Shown one piece after another: positions 51,129 to 59,681 of a DNA stretch of 64,000 bases. The notes below the pieces were generated by a model. The model made no database searches. It saw nothing but the letters and a program-made list of their open reading frames with translations, and was not told the origin of the DNA. The stretch is from positions 119,436 through 183,435 of the forward strand of contig CAWIEK010000009.1 of the NCBI GenBank assembly GCA_963835065.1. Direction: 5' to 3'. The DNA is from an uncultured Chthonomonadaceae bacterium. GTDB taxonomy: Bacteria; Armatimonadota; Chthonomonadetes; Chthonomonadales; Chthonomonadaceae. A program made the position numbers and the translations under genes. The stretch's first letter is position 1. Each line of letters begins with the position of its first letter.

Positions 51129-51332
51129 CCACCCGCTTCGCTAGAGACACAGAGACACAGAGGAGGAACGCAGAGGAAGAAAAGAAGAAAAGAAGAAGAG
51201 TAGAAAAGAAGAGAAGAAACTCCTTTGCTGTCTTTTGCCTCTTTGCGGTTCCGTTTCCTCATCTTCTCCTTGTCTTTTCTCGTATTGGCTTTTCCTCTGT
51301 GTCTCTGTGTCTCTAGCCGCAGGCGGGTGGTT
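51127..51332. mobile_element. MITE-like palindromic element (period-9 ACACAGAG family), copy 2
   Basis: AACCACCCGC...CTAGAGACACAGAGACACAGAGG / CCTCTGTGTCTCTGTGTCTCTAG...GCGGGTGGTT; core collinear with 1755-1946. Confidence 0.8.
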
Positions 51333-51354
51333 CGTTTCTGCATTGGAGAAGATT

Positions 51355-52473
51355 ATGCGCGTGGTGGTAAGCGGCGGGGGGTCGGGCGGGCATATCTTTC
51401 CCGCGTTGGCGGTGGCGCAGAGTGTGCAACGGCTACGCCCTGACGCGGAAGTGCTGTACATTGGGGGCGCGTCCGGGATGGAGTGTCAGGTCGTTCCCCA
51501 ACGGGGCGTTCGGTTTCAGGCGGTGACGGCAAAGAAACTGCGCAAGGTCATGTCGCCGTCTACGCTGAGCGTCATGGTGTCGCTGTGGAAGGGGTATCGG
51601 GAAGCGCAGGGGCATTTGCGGGCGTTCGGGGCGGAAGCGGTTGTGGGTACGGGCGGCTATGTCGCTGCCGGGGCGGTGCTGGCGGGCGCGAAGTTGGGAC
51701 TGCCGACTGTGATTGTCGCGCCGGACGTAGTTCCCGGACGTACGAATAAGATGTTGGCGCGGTACGCCAAGCGTATCTGCATTGCGTTTGAGCCGACGCG
51801 AGCGAGTTTCCCGGCAGAAAAGACAGTTTTAACGGGCTTGCCATTGCGGGAAGGGGTTGTCGCCCCGCCGGATGTAACGCAGGAACAAGCGCGGCAAAGT
51901 TTTGAGAATCTCAACCCTGATGTGTTTACGATTGTGGTGATTGGCGGCAGTCAGGGGGCGCGGGCAGTCAATACTCTGGTGATTGAAGCCACGCCTAAAT
52001 TGCTGAAAGCGGGTATACAGATACTGCATCAAACGGGCGCGCGAAATTTTGAGCAGGTACGGGAAGCGGCGCAGGCAAAACAGATTTGGGGGCGGCAGGG
52101 CTATATGGCAACGGCGTTTTTGGACGAGGCGCAGGTTCCGCTTGCCCTTCGCGCCGCCGATGTATTGGTTTGTCGCGGCGGCATCTCTACGCTTTCCGAA
52201 GCAATGGTCAACGGATTACCGTCATTGGTCATACCCCTGCCCACCGCGTATGCCGATCATCAAACGTTCAATGCGCGCGTGTTGGAATCGGCAGGCGCGG
52301 GACTGCTGCGCGCGGAAAATGAACTCACGGCGTCGAACTTAACCGCAGACCTGCTTTCCCTGCGCAACGACCCTGCCCGCCGAGCAAACATGCGCAGCGC
52401 AATGCTGCAATTAGCCCGTCCGCAAGCCGCCGATTTAGTTGCGCAGGAAGTCTTTCAACTAATTCGCAAGTAG
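51355..52473 (+). CDS. murG: Lipid II GlcNAc transferase
   Basis: GGGSGGHIFPA, GTGGYV, GGSQGA, RGGIST, HQ..NA. Confidence 0.95.
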   Translation: MRVVVSGGGSGGHIFPALAVAQSVQRLRPDAEVLYIGGASGMECQVVPQRGVRFQAVTAKKLRKVMSPSTLSVMVSLWKGYREAQGHLRAFGAEAVVGTGGYVAAGAVLAGAKLGLPTVIVAPDVVPGRTNKMLARYAKRICIAFEPTRASFPAEKTVLTGLPLREGVVAPPDVTQEQARQSFENLNPDVFTIVVIGGSQGARAVNTLVIEATPKLLKAGIQILHQTGARNFEQVREAAQAKQIWGRQGYMATAFLDEAQVPLALRAADVLVCRGGISTLSEAMVNGLPSLVIPLPTAYADHQTFNARVLESAGAGLLRAENELTASNLTADLLSLRNDPARRANMRSAMLQLARPQAADLVAQEVFQLIRK

Positions 52474-52519
52474 CCATAAATGTTCGTCACACAGATTGAT
52501 TTTTAGAATTTAGCCGCAA

Positions 52520-54232
52520 ATGGACGCGAATACACGCGAATTGGTATCGGAAACGACAACGGCGGAGGCAAACGCGCCGCCGAAAATTAAGAACATTCCG
52601 AACGGCGCTGCGAAACAACGATGGCGCTTGTGGCTGGATGCGCTGGCGGTTATGCTGTTGTTTGTGGTTGCGTTTGCGGTTCGGATGGGGCATACGCGGG
52701 GGGATTTGTGGCAGGACGAGGCCGAGTACGCGCTGGCAAGTACGCACTCCGTTGCCGATCAGCGTTGGGATCGTTCGGATGTGGCAAGTGAGCCGCTGCG
52801 ACTGGTGCGGCTGCGGCATTTTCACCCCCCTATGACCGCGTACCTGCTGCGTTCGGCGCAAACATGGGGCAAGGATGAGCGGGCCTTGCGGACGCCGTTT
52901 GTGATTGCAGGTTCGCTGGTGGTCTGTTTGGTTTACCTGTGCGGGCTGCGCTTGTTTGGCGAACGGCGGGACGTGAGTTTGGCCTGCGCGATTATCGTTC
53001 TGGTCACGCCCCTGCAAATTCGGGCATCCTCTCATGCGATACCCTGGGCGGAAATCTCGCTTGGAATTATGGCCGCGCTATGGACGCTGCTCCAGTACAT
53101 TCACACGGCGAAGCGTGGTTGGCTGGTGGGTACGTGCGGCGTGTTGGGCTGGTTGTTTTGTACAACGGAAAGTTTCTTTCCTATCCTGCTGGCCGCGCTG
53201 CTCAGTATGCCGTTCGTCCTCAATCTGAAAGTGGAAAGTCGGAAAGCAGAAAACAAGCAAGCAGGAAACGCGCCCATCACGCCACAGGAGCGTACATCAC
53301 TCCTGAAAACATTCGGTGCGGGCGGCATGGTGTTTCTATCCATTGTGCTGATTCTATGGCCTATCGGATTGTTCGGGGGCGCGTGGGGCAACATTCAGCA
53401 TTACGCGCATCTGCCTGCCAACACGATTTCGGCGGTTGTGGGCGGCGTTTCGCGCAATCCCATTCCGAAATGGGCGTTTCTATACTGGTTTTCACACGAT
53501 TACCGACCCTATTTTGTCCTGTACGTGTTGGGCGCAGGCGCGTTACTATGGCAGATTGTGCGGCATCGGATTTCTAGCGGCGCGGGCGTCCTGCTGACGA
53601 TTACGATTGTCGAAATCGCGGTAGCGCATCTTACGGTAGAGTTCGGCCCGCAGTATCTCGCGCATTGCCTGCCCTTGCTGACGTTGATGACCGGCTTTTG
53701 CTTTCTGGAAATGTCGCAGGTGGCAGAGCGCATTGCCGTGCCTCGTTTGGAACGCGCAGGCAGGATGAAAACGGCGCTAAATGCGCTTGTTCCTGCCATA
53801 ACGCTGCTGCTGTGCGCGTATCTGGCGCATTGGCAGGTACGCCCGGAACTGCGCATCACGGACGAGGAATCTCAAATTTCCCGATGGCCGGACGCGGCGC
53901 GGTTTCTGGCACACCATTGGCGCACAGGCGACCGGCTTGTTATCGGGCCGCAGCCGGTTGTCGTACCCCGCTGGTATCTGCTTGTCGGGGAGAACTTGCC
54001 CATTCGGGAAACGCAGGTAGCCGAACTGCCGCAAGGGCGTGCTAAATTGCCCGGCTTGCAGCGCATGGCAAAAGGCGACGCGCGTTTCGCCGTGATTAAC
54101 AGCACATTCGACGGCAGCCCGATCATAGACGAAGACGTGAAGCAACTATTAGCAGACTGGCCGATTGTCTACCGCAGCCTGGAACCAACCGGTATTCCGC
54201 CGCGTCTTGTCATTTACGAGCATCCACAGTAG
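52520..54232 (+). CDS. GT-C fold membrane glycosyltransferase (ArnT/PMT family)
   Basis: LWQDEAEY, HPPMTAYL, ALRTP; about 10 TM helices. Confidence 0.75.
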   Translation: MDANTRELVSETTTAEANAPPKIKNIPNGAAKQRWRLWLDALAVMLLFVVAFAVRMGHTRGDLWQDEAEYALASTHSVADQRWDRSDVASEPLRLVRLRHFHPPMTAYLLRSAQTWGKDERALRTPFVIAGSLVVCLVYLCGLRLFGERRDVSLACAIIVLVTPLQIRASSHAIPWAEISLGIMAALWTLLQYIHTAKRGWLVGTCGVLGWLFCTTESFFPILLAALLSMPFVLNLKVESRKAENKQAGNAPITPQERTSLLKTFGAGGMVFLSIVLILWPIGLFGGAWGNIQHYAHLPANTISAVVGGVSRNPIPKWAFLYWFSHDYRPYFVLYVLGAGALLWQIVRHRISSGAGVLLTITIVEIAVAHLTVEFGPQYLAHCLPLLTLMTGFCFLEMSQVAERIAVPRLERAGRMKTALNALVPAITLLLCAYLAHWQVRPELRITDEESQISRWPDAARFLAHHWRTGDRLVIGPQPVVVPRWYLLVGENLPIRETQVAELPQGRAKLPGLQRMAKGDARFAVINSTFDGSPIIDEDVKQLLADWPIVYRSLEPTGIPPRLVIYEHPQ

Positions 54233-54252
54233 ACAACACAGAAAGAAGCGTT

Positions 54253-55689
54253 TTGCAGACAGCGCCGAAACACATTCATTTTTTAGGCATTGCGGGCATC
54301 GGTGTCAGCGCATTGGCGCAATTGGCGCAGGCGCGGGGGATTCAGGTGTCCGGTTCCGACCCGAACGCCGATCCTGCCGCCAATCCCGCTGTGGCGCGGC
54401 TTGCGGCGGGTGGCGCGAAATTGTACACCGCGCACAAGGCTGAAAATCTGGCGGACGATGTTGATCTTGTTGTAGCCTCGGCAGCGGTTGCGGACACGAA
54501 CCCGGAAATCAGGGCGGCGCGGAAGCGCGACATTCCCATAGTCTCGCGGGCTGAGTTTTTGGGGCAACTTATGGCGGCGCATCCCGGCCCGAAAATCGCG
54601 GTGGCGGGCACACACGGCAAAACCACGACAACCGGCATGATCGGCGTGATGCTGCAACACGCGGGACTCGACCCGACCGTATTCGTCGGCGGCGAAGTGC
54701 CGGAGTTAGGCGGCAATGTTCGCGTCGGCAATCCTGACGGGCCTTTCGTAGCCGAAGCCTGCGAAGCCTACGACTCATTTTTGTATCTCAAACCCGATAT
54801 TGCCGTAATCACCAACATCGAAGCCGACCACTTAGACCACTATGGAACCGAGGAGCGCGTATTTGAGGCGTTCCGCAAGTTTCTGAGCAATGTCTCACCA
54901 CTGTCTGAAAATATCGTTGCCAACCTTGATGATCCCGGCATCCATAAATTGGTTGGTGAAATGGCAGTAGAAAATGAGTGCGTCTGGTATGGGCTTAACG
55001 CCGCAAAAGAGGTAGAGTACGATTCCAAAACCTCATTTGTACTTGTCAGTCAATTTGGCAGACAACCTATAACCCTACACGTCCCAGGTAAACATAATCT
55101 CCTCAATGCGCTTGCTGCCGTTTACACAGGATTAGCATTAAAAAACCCTACTCTATCGCTGGCGGTGATTGCAGAAGGACTGGCGGAATTTCGGGGCGCG
55201 ACACGGCGGCAGGACACGCTTGGCGAAGGTAAATTGAACGTAGATGATGCCGAAGCCGTACTGGTAATGGATGATTACGCGCACCATCCCACCGAGATAC
55301 GCGCTACTTTGGACGCCCTGCGCAGCGCATACCCGAGTCGTCGCCTGATTACCATATTTCAGCCACACTTGTACAGCCGAACGCGCGATTTTCTGGACGG
55401 TTTTGCCGATGCGCTTGCGCAAGCGGATGTTCTGCTCGTCACCGACATTTACGCCGCCCGCGAACAGCCCCTTGAAGGCGTTCGCGCTGCCGACATTGTG
55501 AACAAAGCAATTCTGCACAATCCTACCTTGCCCGCCACATTCCTGCCCGACAAGCAGGACATTCCCGCCACCTTGCGAAGCCTTGCGCGTCCCGGCGACG
55601 TATGCGTGTTTATGGGCGCGGGCGATATACGCGAACAGGGCGAAGCGTTTCTCGCCATATTGCATCCCGTTTCGGAGACAGTTTCCTAA
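54253..55689 (+). CDS. murC: UDP-MurNAc:L-Ala ligase
   Basis: GIAGIGVSALA, AGTHGKTTT, EACE, DHLDHY, DDYAHHP, FQPH; TTG start. Confidence 0.95.
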   Translation: MQTAPKHIHFLGIAGIGVSALAQLAQARGIQVSGSDPNADPAANPAVARLAAGGAKLYTAHKAENLADDVDLVVASAAVADTNPEIRAARKRDIPIVSRAEFLGQLMAAHPGPKIAVAGTHGKTTTTGMIGVMLQHAGLDPTVFVGGEVPELGGNVRVGNPDGPFVAEACEAYDSFLYLKPDIAVITNIEADHLDHYGTEERVFEAFRKFLSNVSPLSENIVANLDDPGIHKLVGEMAVENECVWYGLNAAKEVEYDSKTSFVLVSQFGRQPITLHVPGKHNLLNALAAVYTGLALKNPTLSLAVIAEGLAEFRGATRRQDTLGEGKLNVDDAEAVLVMDDYAHHPTEIRATLDALRSAYPSRRLITIFQPHLYSRTRDFLDGFADALAQADVLLVTDIYAAREQPLEGVRAADIVNKAILHNPTLPATFLPDKQDIPATLRSLARPGDVCVFMGAGDIREQGEAFLAILHPVSETVS

Positions 55690-56894
55690 TGAATTCGCTT
55701 CCAATCAATGCTGCCGCAACCTCTGACGCTTCCCACGCCGGACGCAAACTCCGCGTGGCCGTTCTGATGGGCGGCACGTCCAGTGAACGTGAAATATCAT
55801 TAAATACAGGCCGTCAGATTGTCGGCGCGCTCGATCCGACCAAATACGATGTTGTCGCCATTGACACCCGCGATTTACTTGCCTTACAAAACGACAATCC
55901 CGTAGGGGCGCAATTCATTGCGCCTGCATCTGATGATGTTGCGCCTGCATCTGATGATGTTGCGCCCACGTCTGATGATGTTGCGCCCACGTCTGATGAT
56001 GTTGCGGGCGTGATGAATCACGCCCCTACGCGCAATGTTTCTGAACCAGACGCAATCGAAAATCGAAAATCGAAAATCGAAAATTCCCAACACCCAACAC
56101 CCAACACCCAACGCCCCGACCTAGTTTTCATCGCCCTGCACGGGCGGGGCGGCGAAGATGGGGCCGTACAGGGGATGCTGGAAGTGTTGGGCATACCCTA
56201 TACCGGGTCGGGCATACTGGCAAGCGCATTGGCAATGGACAAGGCCATGAGCAAGCGATTATTTCGGAGCGCCAACATTCCCGTTGCCAATGAAATCCTG
56301 CTGTCCCACCAAAATATAGATGTAAACGCGCTAACGGCTCAGATACAGCAGCAGCTTGGCGGCTTTCCCGTATTCGTCAAGCCCAACCGGGAAGGCTCTA
56401 CCGTTGGCGGCACACTGGTTCAAAGCGCGGAACACCTTGCCGATGCCCTCCAGCGCGCGTTTCAGTACGATACAACCATTCTCATCGAACAATACCTGCG
56501 CGGCATGGAAATTACCGTAGGCGTGTTGGGCAATGCGGGCGAGGAACTGACTGCGCTGCCTGTCGTAGAAATCGTGCCCAAATCCGAATATTATGACTTT
56601 GAAAGCAAATACGCAGACGGCGGCAGCGAACACATCATCCCGGCGCGGCTGAATGAAGCCCAAACGCAACAGGTACAGGAACTGGCCCGCCAATGCCATA
56701 CACTGCTCGGCTGCCGGGGCATGTCGCGGACCGATTTCATTGTAACACCCGACGGCCCGTTCGCGCTGGAAGTAAACACCATTCCCGGCATGACGCCCAC
56801 CAGCCTGTTGCCGCAAGCCGCCGCGTCTGCCGGAATTGAATTTCCTGAACTGCTGGATAGGATAATTGGAAATGCGGTAGACGGTAGACGGTAG
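55689..56894 (+). CDS. ddl: D-Ala-D-Ala ligase (with ~70-aa repeat-derived insertion)
   Basis: GGTSSEREIS, ALHGRGGEDG, MDK, EGST, YDFESKY, LEVNTIPG. Confidence 0.95.
   Translation: MNSLPINAAATSDASHAGRKLRVAVLMGGTSSEREISLNTGRQIVGALDPTKYDVVAIDTRDLLALQNDNPVGAQFIAPASDDVAPASDDVAPTSDDVAPTSDDVAGVMNHAPTRNVSEPDAIENRKSKIENSQHPTPNTQRPDLVFIALHGRGGEDGAVQGMLEVLGIPYTGSGILASALAMDKAMSKRLFRSANIPVANEILLSHQNIDVNALTAQIQQQLGGFPVFVKPNREGSTVGGTLVQSAEHLADALQRAFQYDTTILIEQYLRGMEITVGVLGNAGEELTALPVVEIVPKSEYYDFESKYADGGSEHIIPARLNEAQTQQVQELARQCHTLLGCRGMSRTDFIVTPDGPFALEVNTIPGMTPTSLLPQAAASAGIEFPELLDRIIGNAVDGRR
55901..56030. repeat. GTAG-type REP doublet with four 21-bp tandem units, inside ddl
   Basis: CGTAGGGGCGCAATTCATTGCGCC...GGGCGTGATGAATCACGCCCCTACG. 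Confidence 0.8.
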
Positions 56895-56984
56895 ACAGTA
56901 GAAAATCCCTTCTTGGAAGTTGGTAATAAAACGTAAAGCTGTAAGCAGAGCGGCATCTCTACTGTCTACCGTCTACCGTCTACC
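56876..56984. repeat. Heptamer hairpin (GGTAGAC)n...(GTCTACC)n
   Basis: Inverted tandem arrays spanning the ddl stop. Confidence 0.8.
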
Positions 56985-57000
56985 TCTTGGAGCCTTTCTC

Positions 57001-57963
57001 GTGAACTATAAACCAACCAACCGCACTTTTGCGCCCGCCGGCAGTCATGCGCCGCGCAAGCCACAGGGCAAAACACAGGGTAACAAACACCGCGCGGGCG
57101 CGAAATCTGCCGCGCCGGTGCGGAAAGCGCATGGCGTCGTTCGCAAGGGGATACGCCCTGCTGAACTTCGGGAGCGACGGCGCAAAACATTGAAACTGCT
57201 GTACGCCGCGCTCGTGGCTGAAATCGTGTTTGCCGTTTTCACCTCGCCTGCGCTGACCGTGCGGGAGGTGCGCGTCAAGGGATTGGACGCGCTGCCCGAA
57301 ATGGAACGCGCGCAAACGCTTCAGACGCTAAATGTGCCGCATGGAACCAATTTCCTGCGCGCCCCGTTTGCCCGCTTGCGGCGGGACGCGAACGCGCTGC
57401 CCTGGGTGGATGATGCCCATGTTCCGCATGGCTTTGGCCGCATTCTTACCGTCAATGTCACGCCGCGCCAACCCTTGTTTGTTCTCAAAGTAGGAGCGCA
57501 GTGGTATGAAACGGATGCCGCCCGCGTCCTGATTCGCGCCGCTCGTCCCGGCGTTGCGAACCGCCTGCCCCGCGTCATTTATCAGCAGGAAATGATGGCG
57601 CAGCCCGGTATGGCCCTCCACGACCCCGCTCTGGAAGGCGCGGTTCGCATCCTGCAAGCGCTGCCGCAAAATAGTGGCGAAACCATGCAGGAAAACGGCG
57701 TTAAGATCACGAAAATAGTCATTGACCAAAGCGATAATATATGCTTAAATATGCGCGATGGAATGGAGTTCAAATTCGGCCAGGCTGACGACCTCGTGGC
57801 GAAGGTCGCGCTCGTAAAACGCATCTACGCGAAAGACCCCGGCATCGGGCAAATGCTCGCCTCCATCAACGTATCGAGTCCTTCCGCACCTGCCTGTACG
57901 CCGCGCCCCATACAGATGTCCCCCCTCCTGCCGGGGGCGCTGATGGGAAGCGCGACCCCGTAG
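57001..57963 (+). CDS. ftsQ: Cell division protein FtsQ/DivIB
   Basis: Basic N-terminus, TM, SPALTVREVRVKG POTRA domain, LPWV; position. Confidence 0.8.
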   Translation: MNYKPTNRTFAPAGSHAPRKPQGKTQGNKHRAGAKSAAPVRKAHGVVRKGIRPAELRERRRKTLKLLYAALVAEIVFAVFTSPALTVREVRVKGLDALPEMERAQTLQTLNVPHGTNFLRAPFARLRRDANALPWVDDAHVPHGFGRILTVNVTPRQPLFVLKVGAQWYETDAARVLIRAARPGVANRLPRVIYQQEMMAQPGMALHDPALEGAVRILQALPQNSGETMQENGVKITKIVIDQSDNICLNMRDGMEFKFGQADDLVAKVALVKRIYAKDPGIGQMLASINVSSPSAPACTPRPIQMSPLLPGALMGSATP

Positions 57964-58160
57964 GCGGGCCAGTGTTGCACGGTCACAGGTCTGCAACCAG
58001 TTTGACATCAGAGCCAATAGCCGGCACTGCGCGACATGCCTGTAAAGACGGCTTCCTCACAGTCGCTTTATAGAAAGTGCATGTGTGTTGATGCGGCGCG
58101 AAAGCAATGACGTCTCGGCGGAGACGCGCCACTGTGAGTTTAAGGATTTAGAAAGACAAA

Positions 58161-59108
58161 ATGAGCGTGTTTTCCACGGGCATGAACCATCGTTCCTTTC
58201 TCTGGCAAATCACCAGCCTGTGCTTTGTGCTGGGCCTGCTCATGGCCGCCGCCTGGCAGACCGCCTCGCAAATCAACCACAACGGCGGAGCCACCAATCG
58301 CGCCGGCTTCGTGTACGGCAGTGACGTGCAAGTGGCGGCTAAAAAAGCCGCCGAATACGAAAAAGAAATCAACAAACTTAACGGCGATAATAACCGCCTG
58401 ATGAAAGGCCAGAACGCCGAAAGCGAGAAAAACAAGAAACTCAGCGAGTACCGCGTGTTTGCCGGGCTGACCGAAGTTGCCGGGCCGGGCGTTCAAGTGA
58501 CGCTCGTAGACAGTACGCGCCGCAATGCTTTCAACGATCCCCTCAGCCTTGCCAGCATCGTGCATGACGTGGACATCGCGCAGGTTGTCAACGAATTGAA
58601 AGCGTCCGGCGCGGAAGCCATCGCCGTTAATGGTGAACGCATCATCGGCATCTCGTCCATTCGCTGCGTTGGGCCCGTCGTTCATGTCAACAACGTGCCC
58701 GCCGCGCCGCCGTTCATCATTCAGGCTATCGGCGACCCGAACGCGATTTTCGGCGGCATCAACCTGCCCAACGGCGTTCTGGACAAGCTGCGGCAGTTCG
58801 ACCCGAATATGGGAAAAGTGGAGAAAAAGAACAAGCTGGTGCTGCCCGCGTTTGCCGGCGGAACGCAAATGCGCTTCGCCCACGAAGTAAAACCCGTGGA
58901 AGACAGTTCCGCCGGTCATTCCGAAGTCAATCGTTCCGACAAAACGCGCTCCGGCGATACGCGCTCCAATGGAACCCATTCTAACAATTCGCGCGCCGAC
59001 AAAACCCATGCCAACGACTCCTCACCGGGTGATGCGCCATCCAATGACGCGCCCTCCGGTGACGCCCATTCCGACTCGTCCGAAAATGCGGGAGGTGACG
59101 CCAAATGA
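58161..59108 (+). CDS. DUF881 (YlxW/YlxX-like) protein
   Basis: AGLTEVAGPGVQVTL, VHDVDI..VVNELKASGAEAIAVNGERI, PPFIIQAIGD. Confidence 0.9.
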   Translation: MSVFSTGMNHRSFLWQITSLCFVLGLLMAAAWQTASQINHNGGATNRAGFVYGSDVQVAAKKAAEYEKEINKLNGDNNRLMKGQNAESEKNKKLSEYRVFAGLTEVAGPGVQVTLVDSTRRNAFNDPLSLASIVHDVDIAQVVNELKASGAEAIAVNGERIIGISSIRCVGPVVHVNNVPAAPPFIIQAIGDPNAIFGGINLPNGVLDKLRQFDPNMGKVEKKNKLVLPAFAGGTQMRFAHEVKPVEDSSAGHSEVNRSDKTRSGDTRSNGTHSNNSRADKTHANDSSPGDAPSNDAPSGDAHSDSSENAGGDAK

Positions 59109-59533
59109 AAGCCCTGTTGCCCCTTGTCGGTCTTGCGGCGGGCCTGCTGACCGGATTCGCTTTATTCAATGGATTTCACTGGCAGGTTCCGCCCGAAGGG
59201 GCGCCTTACCTGTCTATCGCCGCCCTTGCAGGCATTGATACCGTTTTCGGCGGCATCCGCGCCGGGATCGAAGGCCGCTTCCAGAACGACATTTTCGCCA
59301 GTGGCTTCATCCTGAACGCCCTGCTGGCCGTCGGCCTGACGTGGTACGGTACGCACATCGGCGTAGACCTGGGATTGGTCGCCGTGCTGGTGCTGGGCGC
59401 GCGTATTTTCAACAACCTTTCGCTGATGCGCCGCTTCTACCTCAACAAAGTGACGCTGGCGCGAAAACGCCTGCAGGAAGACAACGCCGCCGCGTTCGCC
59501 GGACTGTCCGGGCCATCGGGACCGCTGGGATAA
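59105..59533 (+). CDS. sbp: Small basic protein Sbp (DUF1290)
   Basis: YLSIAALAGIDTVFGGIRA, F.SGF..NALLA, G.RIFNN...RR. Confidence 0.88.
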   Translation: MKALLPLVGLAAGLLTGFALFNGFHWQVPPEGAPYLSIAALAGIDTVFGGIRAGIEGRFQNDIFASGFILNALLAVGLTWYGTHIGVDLGLVAVLVLGARIFNNLSLMRRFYLNKVTLARKRLQEDNAAAFAGLSGPSGPLG

Positions 59534-59543
59534 TTACAGAGGA

Positions 59544-59668
59544 GTTGATAGTTGATAGTTGACAGTTGATAGGATACACGCTGCTGCCTATACGGGTAAC
59601 TATTATCTGGGCAGACAAGTGAGAAAGCGCGTGTTTGACTATCACCTATCAACTATCAACTATCAACT
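59544..59668. repeat. Heptamer hairpin (AGTTGAT)n...(ATCAACT)n
   Basis: Inverted tandem arrays between sbp and ftsA. Confidence 0.8.
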
Positions 59669-59681
59669 TACGAACGGATAC

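Noticed and set aside
55918..56001. 21-bp repeats as a CRISPR or similar guide array
   Set aside because: Units are directly adjacent with no spacers, lie inside ddl, and no cas genes are present
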